From assembly GCA_934728255.1 (NCBI GenBank), contig CAKVEC010000005.1, positions 8,419 through 72,418 of the forward strand: 64,000 nt of DNA, given 5' to 3'. Positions 29,671 to 38,086 of this stretch are shown piece by piece. Each line of letters starts with the position of its first letter. Position 1 is the stretch's first letter. The notes under the pieces were generated by a model that did no database searches, had not been told where the DNA came from, and worked only from the letters and a program-made list of their open reading frames with translations. The translations under genes were made by a program, and so were the position numbers. The stretch is from an uncultured Bacteroidales bacterium. GTDB taxonomy: Bacteria > Bacteroidota > Bacteroidia > Bacteroidales > Paludibacteraceae.

Positions 29671-30819
29671 ATGAAACGACTAATTCTATTAGGTTGCTTA
29701 ATATGCACTTGTTCATTTTTTGTCTATGCTGATGAAGATTGTACGGGTGCGCTTCAAGAGGCAAAGTCCGCATACAATGCAGGAGATTATCAAAAAGCAA
29801 AAAGGTTATATGACTATGTAGTGTCAGAATGTGGGAACAACTATGGGAATGCTGCCGTTATGCTAAGGCAATGCGAAGAAATGCTAAACCCCAAGTTGTC
29901 TGTTAGTAGATCCTACATAACAATAGGCGCCTCGTCCGGTTCTACTACGTTGTCGGTTACAAGCAATCGTAATTGGGAACTGCGAAATACCAATTCAAAT
30001 ATGTTCTCGGTTTATAAAAACGGAAGCACAATCACTATCAACTACTATGCAAATTCAAGTTCCTCATCTCGTTCTGACTATTTTGATGTTGTAACTGCAG
30101 ACGGAAGCAAGTCCGTTCGAATAAACATTTCTCAGTCGGCAGCAAGTATTGCTTCTACATTGTCGGTTAACTCAACGAGTATTTCTAGTCCAGCAAGTGG
30201 CAAGACCGAATACATAATCGTCAATAGTAATACAAATTGGGAAATTCAGTATGCTACAGGCACGATGTATCGTACCACACGTTCTGGAAATATGGTAAAG
30301 GTCGAAATCTTTGCCAATTCTGCGACAAGTAGTAGAACAGATTATTTTTATATCAAGACTGCGGACGGAAGCAAAACACAGAAAATTTCTTTGACACAAT
30401 ATGGAAAAACATCGGCATCTTCTTATAATGCGGCTGCTCGTATTAAGAAAGTTTGGATAGAACATAATGTGTATCAGAATTCTATAAAAGGCATGAAAAT
30501 TCATGTGCGATTTGATGTCGATAATATGAGAAATTGTACAGGACGAGTTGTTGCATACTTCTATCATCAAGGAGGAACTGCGTTGAGAGACGCTAATAAT
30601 AGTTATAGAACGACTTCTGGTGAAATCTCTTGTGGTGAAAGTTTTACGCCTTCATACATTAATACTGCATATAACGATTTCGTTCTTTTTATGCCGTACA
30701 GTGAATTACATTGTACAAGTTATAGTCGCTATAACTTACGTTTTTTTGTTAGTATATTTAATGATCATAGTAGAGAAATGACACAATCAAATTGGGTTCA
30801 GTTTACCTTAACTAATTAA
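29671..30819 (+). CDS. Secreted protein with two BACON-like domains and an unknown C-terminal domain
   Basis: Signal peptide 'MKRLILLGCLICTCSFFVYA'. The repeats are 'LSVSRSYITIGASSGSTTLSVTSNRNWEL...RSDYFDVVTADGSKSVRINISQ' and 'LSVNSTSISSPASGKTEYIIVNSNTNWEI...RTDYFYIKTADGSKTQKISLTQ'. The ATG lies 1 nt after the kinase stop (TAATATG). Confidence 0.65.
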   Translation: MKRLILLGCLICTCSFFVYADEDCTGALQEAKSAYNAGDYQKAKRLYDYVVSECGNNYGNAAVMLRQCEEMLNPKLSVSRSYITIGASSGSTTLSVTSNRNWELRNTNSNMFSVYKNGSTITINYYANSSSSSRSDYFDVVTADGSKSVRINISQSAASIASTLSVNSTSISSPASGKTEYIIVNSNTNWEIQYATGTMYRTTRSGNMVKVEIFANSATSSRTDYFYIKTADGSKTQKISLTQYGKTSASSYNAAARIKKVWIEHNVYQNSIKGMKIHVRFDVDNMRNCTGRVVAYFYHQGGTALRDANNSYRTTSGEISCGESFTPSYINTAYNDFVLFMPYSELHCTSYSRYNLRFFVSIFNDHSREMTQSNWVQFTLTN

Positions 30820-30831
30820 TATGTGAAATCT

Positions 30832-32319
30832 ATGCAACTAATCGAAAATACGTATTTTGGCGAGAATAATCGCTATTATTTGGAGAAACTACTCGGTAGA
30901 GGTGGGTTTTCAGAAGTTTGGTTGGTGAAAGATAATATCACCAACTTGGAATTAGCCCTAAAGGTGTATGCCCCCGGCACAGGAATGGATGAAGACGGCT
31001 TACAGACTTTCAGTCAAGAGTTGGCGCGGGTCTATAATCTCAATCATACAAATCTTCTCAAACCTCAGCATGTAGATTCATATCAAGGTATGCCTTACCT
31101 GACTATGTCCTATTGCCCGCAGGGGTCTTTGGTTAGGCGGATAGGTAAGATGTCAGAACAGGAGGTTCGCAAAGTTATTCACGATGTGGCTGCAGGATTG
31201 GCGTATCTGCACGAGCGTGATATTATCCACCAAGACATCAAACCCGACAATATATTGATAGATAATGCGGGCAATTATGTCATTACTGATTTCGGTATTT
31301 CAACCCGCGCTCGCAGCACGTTGCGCAAGAGTGTAGCAGCCTCTTCTGCTAATTCGGGTGGTACAATTGCGTATATGGGACCGGAGCGTTTCGGCAAAGA
31401 ACCTGCACCTATCAAAGCCAGCGATATATGGTCGTTGGGCGCAATGTGCTATGAACTGATGACCGGCGATACACCATTTGGCGAACATGGAGGACTTATT
31501 CAGAAATCAGGGGCAGAAATTCCTAATATAGGGGGTAACTACTCAGACGAACTTAAACAGATAGTGGAGCAGATGTTATCCCTCAATCCGTGGGACAGAC
31601 CTACGGCTGCGGCTTTGGAGAAAGGAGATTTCTCAACTACAGTACCGGAGCGTAATCGTCCTACGGTGGCAAAAACTACGTCTCGTTCTACACAACCAAC
31701 CGTTAATTCACCAACAGACAATGGAATAATAAAAAACAATTCTACACAAAACAATGTAGGAACAACAAATAAGAAAAAGAAAATTGTGTGGACTATCGTA
31801 TGCTTCCTATTATTAGTCGCATTAGCAGTAGGTATCAGTATATGTGTGAACAATAATAATGCGCAAACCTATAGTACTGCACAACAGACACAACCCGTTT
31901 CTACTATTTCAAAACCAGTTGTAGAAGAATATAGGTATGAAACCATAGATAAAAATAGGGTACAGACTTTACTTACCAATATATCCCGTTGCTCGAGTAG
32001 AGGAGGCAATTATAGTTTGTTGAGCGATTATTATACATACGAGATAAATCCATATGTTAGAGTGGGAGTAAACAGATATAATTATGATATAGGTGAAAAA
32101 ATCAAAGCCTACGCGGAGAAATTCCCTAAATACGAAATGTCAGACCCTTATAATTTCTCATACCTAAATACTTCATTTCCATTAACGGTCAAATGTGATG
32201 TATTGGTGGATTGGATTAATACACAAGGTATTTCCCGAAAGGCTATTCTTCATAAAACTTACTATATAACATCTGATTACAAAGTATCCGGATTTACTGA
32301 CGAACAAGTAAATCTGTAA
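30832..32319 (+). CDS. Hanks-type Ser/Thr kinase (non-RD), paralogue of 28029..29669, with TM and divergent C-terminal domain
   Basis: It shares long identical runs with the upstream kinase: 'LLGRGGFSEVWL', 'ALKVYAPGTGMD', 'LNHTNLLKPQHVD', 'IHDVAAGLAYLH', 'HQDIKPDNILID' and 'STRARSTLRKSV'. The start MQLIEN parallels MQLQEN. The TM is 'IVWTIVCFLLLVALAVGISICV'. Confidence 0.85.
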   Translation: MQLIENTYFGENNRYYLEKLLGRGGFSEVWLVKDNITNLELALKVYAPGTGMDEDGLQTFSQELARVYNLNHTNLLKPQHVDSYQGMPYLTMSYCPQGSLVRRIGKMSEQEVRKVIHDVAAGLAYLHERDIIHQDIKPDNILIDNAGNYVITDFGISTRARSTLRKSVAASSANSGGTIAYMGPERFGKEPAPIKASDIWSLGAMCYELMTGDTPFGEHGGLIQKSGAEIPNIGGNYSDELKQIVEQMLSLNPWDRPTAAALEKGDFSTTVPERNRPTVAKTTSRSTQPTVNSPTDNGIIKNNSTQNNVGTTNKKKKIVWTIVCFLLLVALAVGISICVNNNNAQTYSTAQQTQPVSTISKPVVEEYRYETIDKNRVQTLLTNISRCSSRGGNYSLLSDYYTYEINPYVRVGVNRYNYDIGEKIKAYAEKFPKYEMSDPYNFSYLNTSFPLTVKCDVLVDWINTQGISRKAILHKTYYITSDYKVSGFTDEQVNL

Positions 32320-32344
32320 AATATAGTTGAGAGTCTATAACATT

Positions 32345-33991
32345 ATGAACCGATTAACAGTTCTTTTGGCGGCACTCTGCATGTCAGTGATGTCGCTCGT
32401 GGCGCAGCAGACTGCGCAAATCAGACAATTGATGGATAGTGCACAATATGCGGAAGCGGTGCAACTATGTACCATCGAGTTACAACAACACCCCAAGGAT
32501 GGTATGCTGTACCGCTGTCGTGCCATTGCCAACATCATGCAGGAGCAATATGGTATGGCGTTGCAGGATATAGATATGCTTCTCAAGTATGCCAAGACAT
32601 CCGGTATATCCGTCAGCGAAGTATATGAACTGCGTGGTGCCACATATATGTATGCGGGTGAGTTGCAGAAAGCGTTGGACGACTACACCACCGCCATCAA
32701 GAAAGACAAGAAGAACGCCGATGCGTATGCCGCACGGGGTGAGTTGTACTACCATAAGGAGAACTACGCGGCAGCCCTTGCGGACTACAAGGCGGCAAGC
32801 AAATTAGTGCCAGCCGATGACTCGTACCTCGTGGAGATAGCACGCTGTACCCTGCAATTGGGCAAATATGATGAGGCGCGTGCCATGCTCACTTCTATCA
32901 CAGTGCTCTATCCCTACAACGCCGAGGCGTGGCGACTGTCCGCAGGATTGGCGATGTTGAGCGGCGAGACTACCAAGTTCATAGACCAGTATATCCGTTA
33001 CCTCAATCTCAGTTACAACGAGACAGGGCGGTTTGGCGATACCGATATACTGATTGCCGCCGCCGATACCGAGTATCCGTACCTGCTCCATGCCGTGTCC
33101 GAACAGATAAGCAACCTAACGGATTATCCGCAGTTGTTCTATATGGGTGTCCGTGTCCGTATCTATATAGAGAAAGGGTACTATGCCGATGCTATCAAAG
33201 ACTTGGATATGATGGAGCGGATAGAGGGAACCGCCGACCCGTTTGTGCTTGCCAATCGCGCAGATTGCTACCAAAACCTGTATCAGTACCACAAGGCGAT
33301 AGCCGATTATGATGCTATGTTGGCATTGGATGCCACCTATTCGTATGGTTATATCAGTCGTGGTTTGTGCTATGCCGAGTTGGGGCAATACGACAAGGCT
33401 ATCGGTGACTTTACGTACGTTATACAAAATGATGTCAATTATGCCTATTATGCCTACTATCGCAGAGGGTGGGTGTATGAGTTCCAAAAGGATACTACGG
33501 CGGCACTATCCGACTACTCGCGCGGAATAGAGTTGGAAGATGACTATAATTATTTGCATCTGATGCGTGGCGAGATATATTGGAATATGGGAGATACCCT
33601 GCAAGCCAAATCCGATTTTGAAAGAATACTCGAATTGGATACGGTAGCCCGTGCAGGGTCGTGCCGCCAATATGCATTGTACTTCTTGGGACAAGAAAAT
33701 GAGGCTGTGCAGTGGATGCAAAGTATGATAGAGAGTGCATCTGACAAGGCCGGGTGTTACTATGATGCCGCTTGTCTGTATGCCCGTATGAACAAGACAG
33801 AAGAGGCGTTGGCGGCTTTCGACAAGTGCCTGTCGTTGGGGTATAAACGGTTCAAACATATTGAAGTGGATGATGACCTTGACAATATCCGCAACCTGCC
33901 GCGCTTCACTGAGATACTCAACAAGTACCGCAAACAAGAGGTACAGAGCAAGTTCGATTTGCTGAAAGGGGCTGATACGGATATGAAATAG
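32345..33991 (+). CDS. Secreted TPR-repeat protein
   Basis: Signal peptide 'MNRLTVLLAALCMSVMSLVAQQ', then many 34-aa repeats with the A/Y/G pattern, for example 'AYAARGELYYHKENYAAALADYKAA'. Confidence 0.8.
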   Translation: MNRLTVLLAALCMSVMSLVAQQTAQIRQLMDSAQYAEAVQLCTIELQQHPKDGMLYRCRAIANIMQEQYGMALQDIDMLLKYAKTSGISVSEVYELRGATYMYAGELQKALDDYTTAIKKDKKNADAYAARGELYYHKENYAAALADYKAASKLVPADDSYLVEIARCTLQLGKYDEARAMLTSITVLYPYNAEAWRLSAGLAMLSGETTKFIDQYIRYLNLSYNETGRFGDTDILIAAADTEYPYLLHAVSEQISNLTDYPQLFYMGVRVRIYIEKGYYADAIKDLDMMERIEGTADPFVLANRADCYQNLYQYHKAIADYDAMLALDATYSYGYISRGLCYAELGQYDKAIGDFTYVIQNDVNYAYYAYYRRGWVYEFQKDTTAALSDYSRGIELEDDYNYLHLMRGEIYWNMGDTLQAKSDFERILELDTVARAGSCRQYALYFLGQENEAVQWMQSMIESASDKAGCYYDAACLYARMNKTEEALAAFDKCLSLGYKRFKHIEVDDDLDNIRNLPRFTEILNKYRKQEVQSKFDLLKGADTDMK

Positions 33992-34078
33992 GGCGGTGCG
34001 GTTAGTAAGAGACAGCGGCAGGTAGGCAGGGATATGGCGTATGCCTACGGTCAGGGTATTATGTGGTCAGCACAATGT

Positions 34079-34151
34079 ACCGATTATCTACCGATTATCT
34101 ACCGTATATCTACCGTGTATCTACCGTGAAAATACCGTGAAAATACCGTAG
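34079..34151. repeat. About 6.6 tandem 11-bp units (accgattatct x2, accgtatatct, accgtgtatct, accgtgaaaat x2, accgtag)
   Basis: Read directly. The array is embedded between 'agcacaatgt' and 'taccgtagttgtcgacgtgagg', a frame that recurs unexpanded at 39684..39725. Confidence 0.85.
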
Positions 34152-34299
34152 TTGTCGACGTGAGGTCGGCACCGAAATTGGGCGTGTGGAACATACATAT
34201 ATGGAGTACCAAATTCATACTTTCAAGTCAATTCATACAGCCAAGACATCATTTCGTACATTGCATAGAAAATGACTTTGTGGTGCAATTTATTAGTGC

Positions 34300-34307
34300 T
34301 AATTTTG
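34300..34307 (+). promoter_or_regulatory. Bacteroidota -7 motif ('taattttg')
   Basis: Exact TAnnTTTG match, 56 nt upstream of the ATG at 34363. Confidence 0.4.
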
Positions 34308-34362
34308 TGCCACAAAAATAAACAATGAAACGTAATAGCAACTAACAAAAAAATACATCATT

Positions 34363-35043
34363 ATGGGGCAAGGTAAATATCAAATAGAGGTAGATAAGCA
34401 TCTGCCTAATGACATCTACACGCGCTTGTGCTTCGTGTTTGTACAAGCGGCAGCAGAGAATGATTGGCGGCGACTGCTGCCGTATTGCGCAGCGAATATC
34501 AGCATTGTGGACTATGGTAATGGCACATACAATGGACAAACGAGTATAGTACTCGGCGACTATTGGCGAATGGCTAAAGTAGGAAACAATTTCACTGATT
34601 GCGACTATTGGATACATACCGCTCGCTTTTATGCACGGGCGGTGGTCTTGGTACAAATGATAAACAAACAGACACGGTATATCACTTTTCGAGTGCAGGA
34701 TGGTTTGGTAACGCATATTGTCATTTTTCCCTGTACAATAGAAGAAGGTGTAAGTTTAGAATATAACCCTATGGCAAAACTTCCTTTCCGCACCGAGTAT
34801 TTGGATTCGGTATGTGGCGAGGACACAGCCCCAAAAGCAAATCACCTGCCATGTATGGTGTGCGGTGCCTTGTCCGAGACACTCCTATGGCGCAAAATCA
34901 CGTTGTATCCGAAGCAGAATATCACCCTTGAAGGCGAAGTTTCTGTCTGCCCTCATTGCCAAAGGCAGGCGGAACTGCATATAAGCAAACAAATACCGGC
35001 AGAACCTAAAAAAAACGAAGACGATGAAGGCTTACCATTCTGA
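34363..35043 (+). CDS. Hypothetical protein with C-terminal zinc-ribbon
   Basis: 226-aa ORF. 'CMVCG...(31 aa)...CPHCQ' is a CxxC...CxxC ribbon. I do not recognise the N-terminal half. Confidence 0.5.
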   Translation: MGQGKYQIEVDKHLPNDIYTRLCFVFVQAAAENDWRRLLPYCAANISIVDYGNGTYNGQTSIVLGDYWRMAKVGNNFTDCDYWIHTARFYARAVVLVQMINKQTRYITFRVQDGLVTHIVIFPCTIEEGVSLEYNPMAKLPFRTEYLDSVCGEDTAPKANHLPCMVCGALSETLLWRKITLYPKQNITLEGEVSVCPHCQRQAELHISKQIPAEPKKNEDDEGLPF

Positions 35044-35710
35044 TGCCATTATTGCTGATGGCAAACAACTATTGCAGACCATACACACGTTATTTGATAA
35101 ACAATGTAAAATATCTGCAATTGTCAATGAACGCATTTTGGGTATCACACTTATACCCGAAGCATCTCTATGGCTACATTGTGCCACGAATATGGGTATT
35201 GGTGATATGTCGTATTTTTATGTTCGTAAACAAGGAGAGGAACTATCGAAAGAATGTTTTTATCATAACAATAATATATGGTCTTATGTCATTATTCCGA
35301 AAATTAACCCGCTGCAAACCATATGGCGCATCTACCTGTTAGACAAGGCAGATACGCAATTACCTGCATTTTGGCATGGAGCATATGGTCAAGCCAAACT
35401 CATTTTTGAATCAAACGATATGGGCTCCATACGCCCAATTGACAGGATGCATGACCGGCATCTCATCTTGTTAGAAATGACCAAAGTGTTTGCTAATAGG
35501 GATTGGAGCGTCATCGCTCCTATAGAAGAATTGCAGCCCCGGGTAACCGCCATTGACGACCGCACATACCAAGTGATTTGTTGCTATTGGAACGATTGGG
35601 AGGGACTTGTCCGCGAAACAGCCACCTATGTTGTTGAGGATACTACGATTACGGCAAAGGATAGCATACAAGAAGTGCTATATCCATATCATTGCGGGAT
35701 TATGTTCTGA
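35024..35710 (+). CDS. Hypothetical protein
   Basis: 228-aa ORF that overlaps the previous ORF by 20 nt. No motif recognised. Confidence 0.45.
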   Translation: MKAYHSDAIIADGKQLLQTIHTLFDKQCKISAIVNERILGITLIPEASLWLHCATNMGIGDMSYFYVRKQGEELSKECFYHNNNIWSYVIIPKINPLQTIWRIYLLDKADTQLPAFWHGAYGQAKLIFESNDMGSIRPIDRMHDRHLILLEMTKVFANRDWSVIAPIEELQPRVTAIDDRTYQVICCYWNDWEGLVRETATYVVEDTTITAKDSIQEVLYPYHCGIMF

Positions 35711-35852
35711 TTAGGTCTTTTAATTTGCAAGTGGCGTAGCGTATAACAGATTGGTGAGTACGCAGACAAAGCACTCAATCAAAATGCAAAAGATATGGAT
35801 TGGCAGTGTTAATTGCGGTGCTAATTGTCGTATTAATAATATGTTTGGCAAT

Positions 35853-36854
35853 ATGAAACTTTCAATCATTCACATTGTCCTTGGGGCAATCATTTTGGCG
35901 GGCATGAGTGCCTGCGCACGGCGGGAGCGTGTGGCTACAGAGCACCCTGTTGCCATTGTGGATTCGTTGCAACAGATAGTGGCGGAAGAGGTGCAAGCAC
36001 GTGTTAATCGCACTGAAGCCGAGTGGGGTGTCGGCATAATGATTGACACACACAGCGGGACGGTGGTGGCGATGTACGATACCGATTCCACACTTGTGCA
36101 TGCGCAGTCGGCATGGGAGTTGGGGAGTGTCGTCTCGCCATTGGCTCTGCTGGCGGCATATTCCGTAGAGCCACAGGGGTGGGATAGTGCTGTCGGGGTG
36201 TGCCGAAGTGGTTTTGACTATGCAGGACGTGTGTTTCGGGACGGACATGCGCGTGATGCAGTCTATTCGCTGTCCGATGCTATTGCTACGAGCAGCAAGG
36301 CAGCAGTTGTCCGATATATGCTTCGCGTGTTTGAGCAGCAGCCGGCATTACTGCCCGAGATACTTGCCAAGTGGGGCTTTGAGTTTGCAGCGCAGGATAG
36401 TGCGTGCGATGCTATGACCGAGACACTGGAGTATGCCACGGGCTACCATTGTACCATCACGCCTGGGCAACTCGCCTATCTGTATTCGTGTGTGGCTACG
36501 GGGCAGCACTTGCATGTTCCTGCCAGCGGGTTGGACTCTATCCGGTTGGGGTTGCACCGCGTGGTGTGGGATAATGATTTAGGCACGGCGAGCATCAATC
36601 CGTGGGATATGCGGAAGGCGCAAAGCGACAAGGTGCAGATTGCAGGCAAGACAGGGGCGGCGCAAATCTCCATGGGCGGGAACTATGCCGGTAATCACCA
36701 CCGTTTGTCTTTTGTCGGTTATTTCCCCGAAGCCAATCCGCAGTATACGTGTCTGGTTATTCTCAATAATCCCAAGTATTACGGCTATTACGAAGCAGGT
36801 GCCGATTGCGGCATTCCTGTCCGTCGTATTGCAGAAAAGATATCTACAGAATAG
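35853..36854 (+). CDS. Stand-alone PBP transpeptidase-fold lipoprotein with degenerate catalytic motifs
   Basis: Lipobox 'LAGMSAC'. It aligns to class B PBP motifs: 'GVGIMIDTHSGTVVAMYD', 'ELGSVVSP' (where ..GSxxKP is expected), 'ATSSKAAV' (where SxN is expected), 'AGKTGAAQ' (KTG retained) and 'SFVGYFPEANP'. Confidence 0.7.
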   Translation: MKLSIIHIVLGAIILAGMSACARRERVATEHPVAIVDSLQQIVAEEVQARVNRTEAEWGVGIMIDTHSGTVVAMYDTDSTLVHAQSAWELGSVVSPLALLAAYSVEPQGWDSAVGVCRSGFDYAGRVFRDGHARDAVYSLSDAIATSSKAAVVRYMLRVFEQQPALLPEILAKWGFEFAAQDSACDAMTETLEYATGYHCTITPGQLAYLYSCVATGQHLHVPASGLDSIRLGLHRVVWDNDLGTASINPWDMRKAQSDKVQIAGKTGAAQISMGGNYAGNHHRLSFVGYFPEANPQYTCLVILNNPKYYGYYEAGADCGIPVRRIAEKISTE

Positions 36855-36911
36855 AATTATCCATCCGCATTTTTATGAAAAATAGCAAATACAACAAAAC
36901 TATACAGAATT

Positions 36912-37637
36912 ATGAAGAGGAAAAAGAAATATACGAAAAACAGGAGAAAGTACCACCAATTGCCTGCAATCCATAGGAAAAAACAGATTATTCCTATCGG
37001 TACCTCTGTGCAAGAATCGGTTACGGCTATAATATATCAAAGCGAATTGGATTATATCTCGCGCTGCATAATGGATTGCCCTCGGATAGAAACCGGTGGA
37101 CAATTATTTGGTTTCTACACAATGAAAGGAACTCCGGTGGTATGCTATGCGCTCGGGCCGGGATCGAATGCCAATCATCAGATTACATTCTTTAATCAGG
37201 ATATCCCCTATCTGCAGTCTAACGGAACGATCTTGGCAAAAGAGTTTGCTTTGCAGCATATCGGAGAATGGCACTCGCATCATAGTTTGGGATTGGATCA
37301 TCCCAGCAGTCATGATTCGCACACGATGATATCTGCTATCAATACACATCATCTGGGGACAATGCTCCTCTGTATAGGGGTATGCGATGCCGAAGGTGCC
37401 ACCATAAACGGCTTTCTGTATAGCGAGGGGCAAATTAATTATCCACAAGTAAACTGGATGATAAAAGCGCAAGAAAGTCCCTATCGCAAGATAGCCGACG
37501 AGCGATTGATTCGCTCTGTCGTTCATCCTATAACTACTATTCCTAAACTGAAAAAGATGCGAATTGCTACGATTACATTGGCTACAGGGCAGGATAATAA
37601 ATACTTGTTACGTGCATATACCGATTTACAACTATGA
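36912..37637 (+). CDS. JAB/MPN (JAMM) metallopeptidase
   Basis: 'ETGGQLFG' supplies the Glu and 'EWHSHHSLGLDHPSSHD' is the HxH...S..D JAMM signature. Confidence 0.8.
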   Translation: MKRKKKYTKNRRKYHQLPAIHRKKQIIPIGTSVQESVTAIIYQSELDYISRCIMDCPRIETGGQLFGFYTMKGTPVVCYALGPGSNANHQITFFNQDIPYLQSNGTILAKEFALQHIGEWHSHHSLGLDHPSSHDSHTMISAINTHHLGTMLLCIGVCDAEGATINGFLYSEGQINYPQVNWMIKAQESPYRKIADERLIRSVVHPITTIPKLKKMRIATITLATGQDNKYLLRAYTDLQL

Positions 37638-38062
37638 TGACAAAGCAACGATTACAAGCCGAAAAGACTGTACTTGAAAAATACTTGAAACCGAATACAT
37701 ATCGGTTCATGGATATGAATACTGGGAACCCGTATATAGTTATGGCTGTTATGACCAATTCGGGAAAGGTTTACACTATCCGGATTATGTTGAGAGAATT
37801 TCCTAATAGTGTGCCTTCGGTTCAAGTGATTACTCCGATTCGAACCAAGCGAGGTCGTGCGATGAATATGCCGGACGGAAGTATGCATGTATTAGGGCTT
37901 GAAGACGGACATACGCTGATATGTCATTATGGTCCCCTATCATGGACACCCAATGTGTCTTTATTCAAGGTCTATATGAAATGCCGCCTATGGTTCGAGA
38001 TGTATGAGGAACATCTGCGAACCGGTGCTCCGATAGATACATTTTTACCTCATCAAGACTAA
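37634..38062 (+). CDS. E2 (UBC)-like protein
   Basis: The start overlaps the JAB stop (ATGA). 'EFPNSVPSVQVITPI', 'SMHVLG' and 'GHTLICHYGPLSWTPNVSL' follow the E2 layout (PxxPP-like strand, His, catalytic Cys, WxP). Confidence 0.65.
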   Translation: MMTKQRLQAEKTVLEKYLKPNTYRFMDMNTGNPYIVMAVMTNSGKVYTIRIMLREFPNSVPSVQVITPIRTKRGRAMNMPDGSMHVLGLEDGHTLICHYGPLSWTPNVSLFKVYMKCRLWFEMYEEHLRTGAPIDTFLPHQD

Positions 38063-38086
38063 TTTTATAAATCTAAAAAAAAGACA

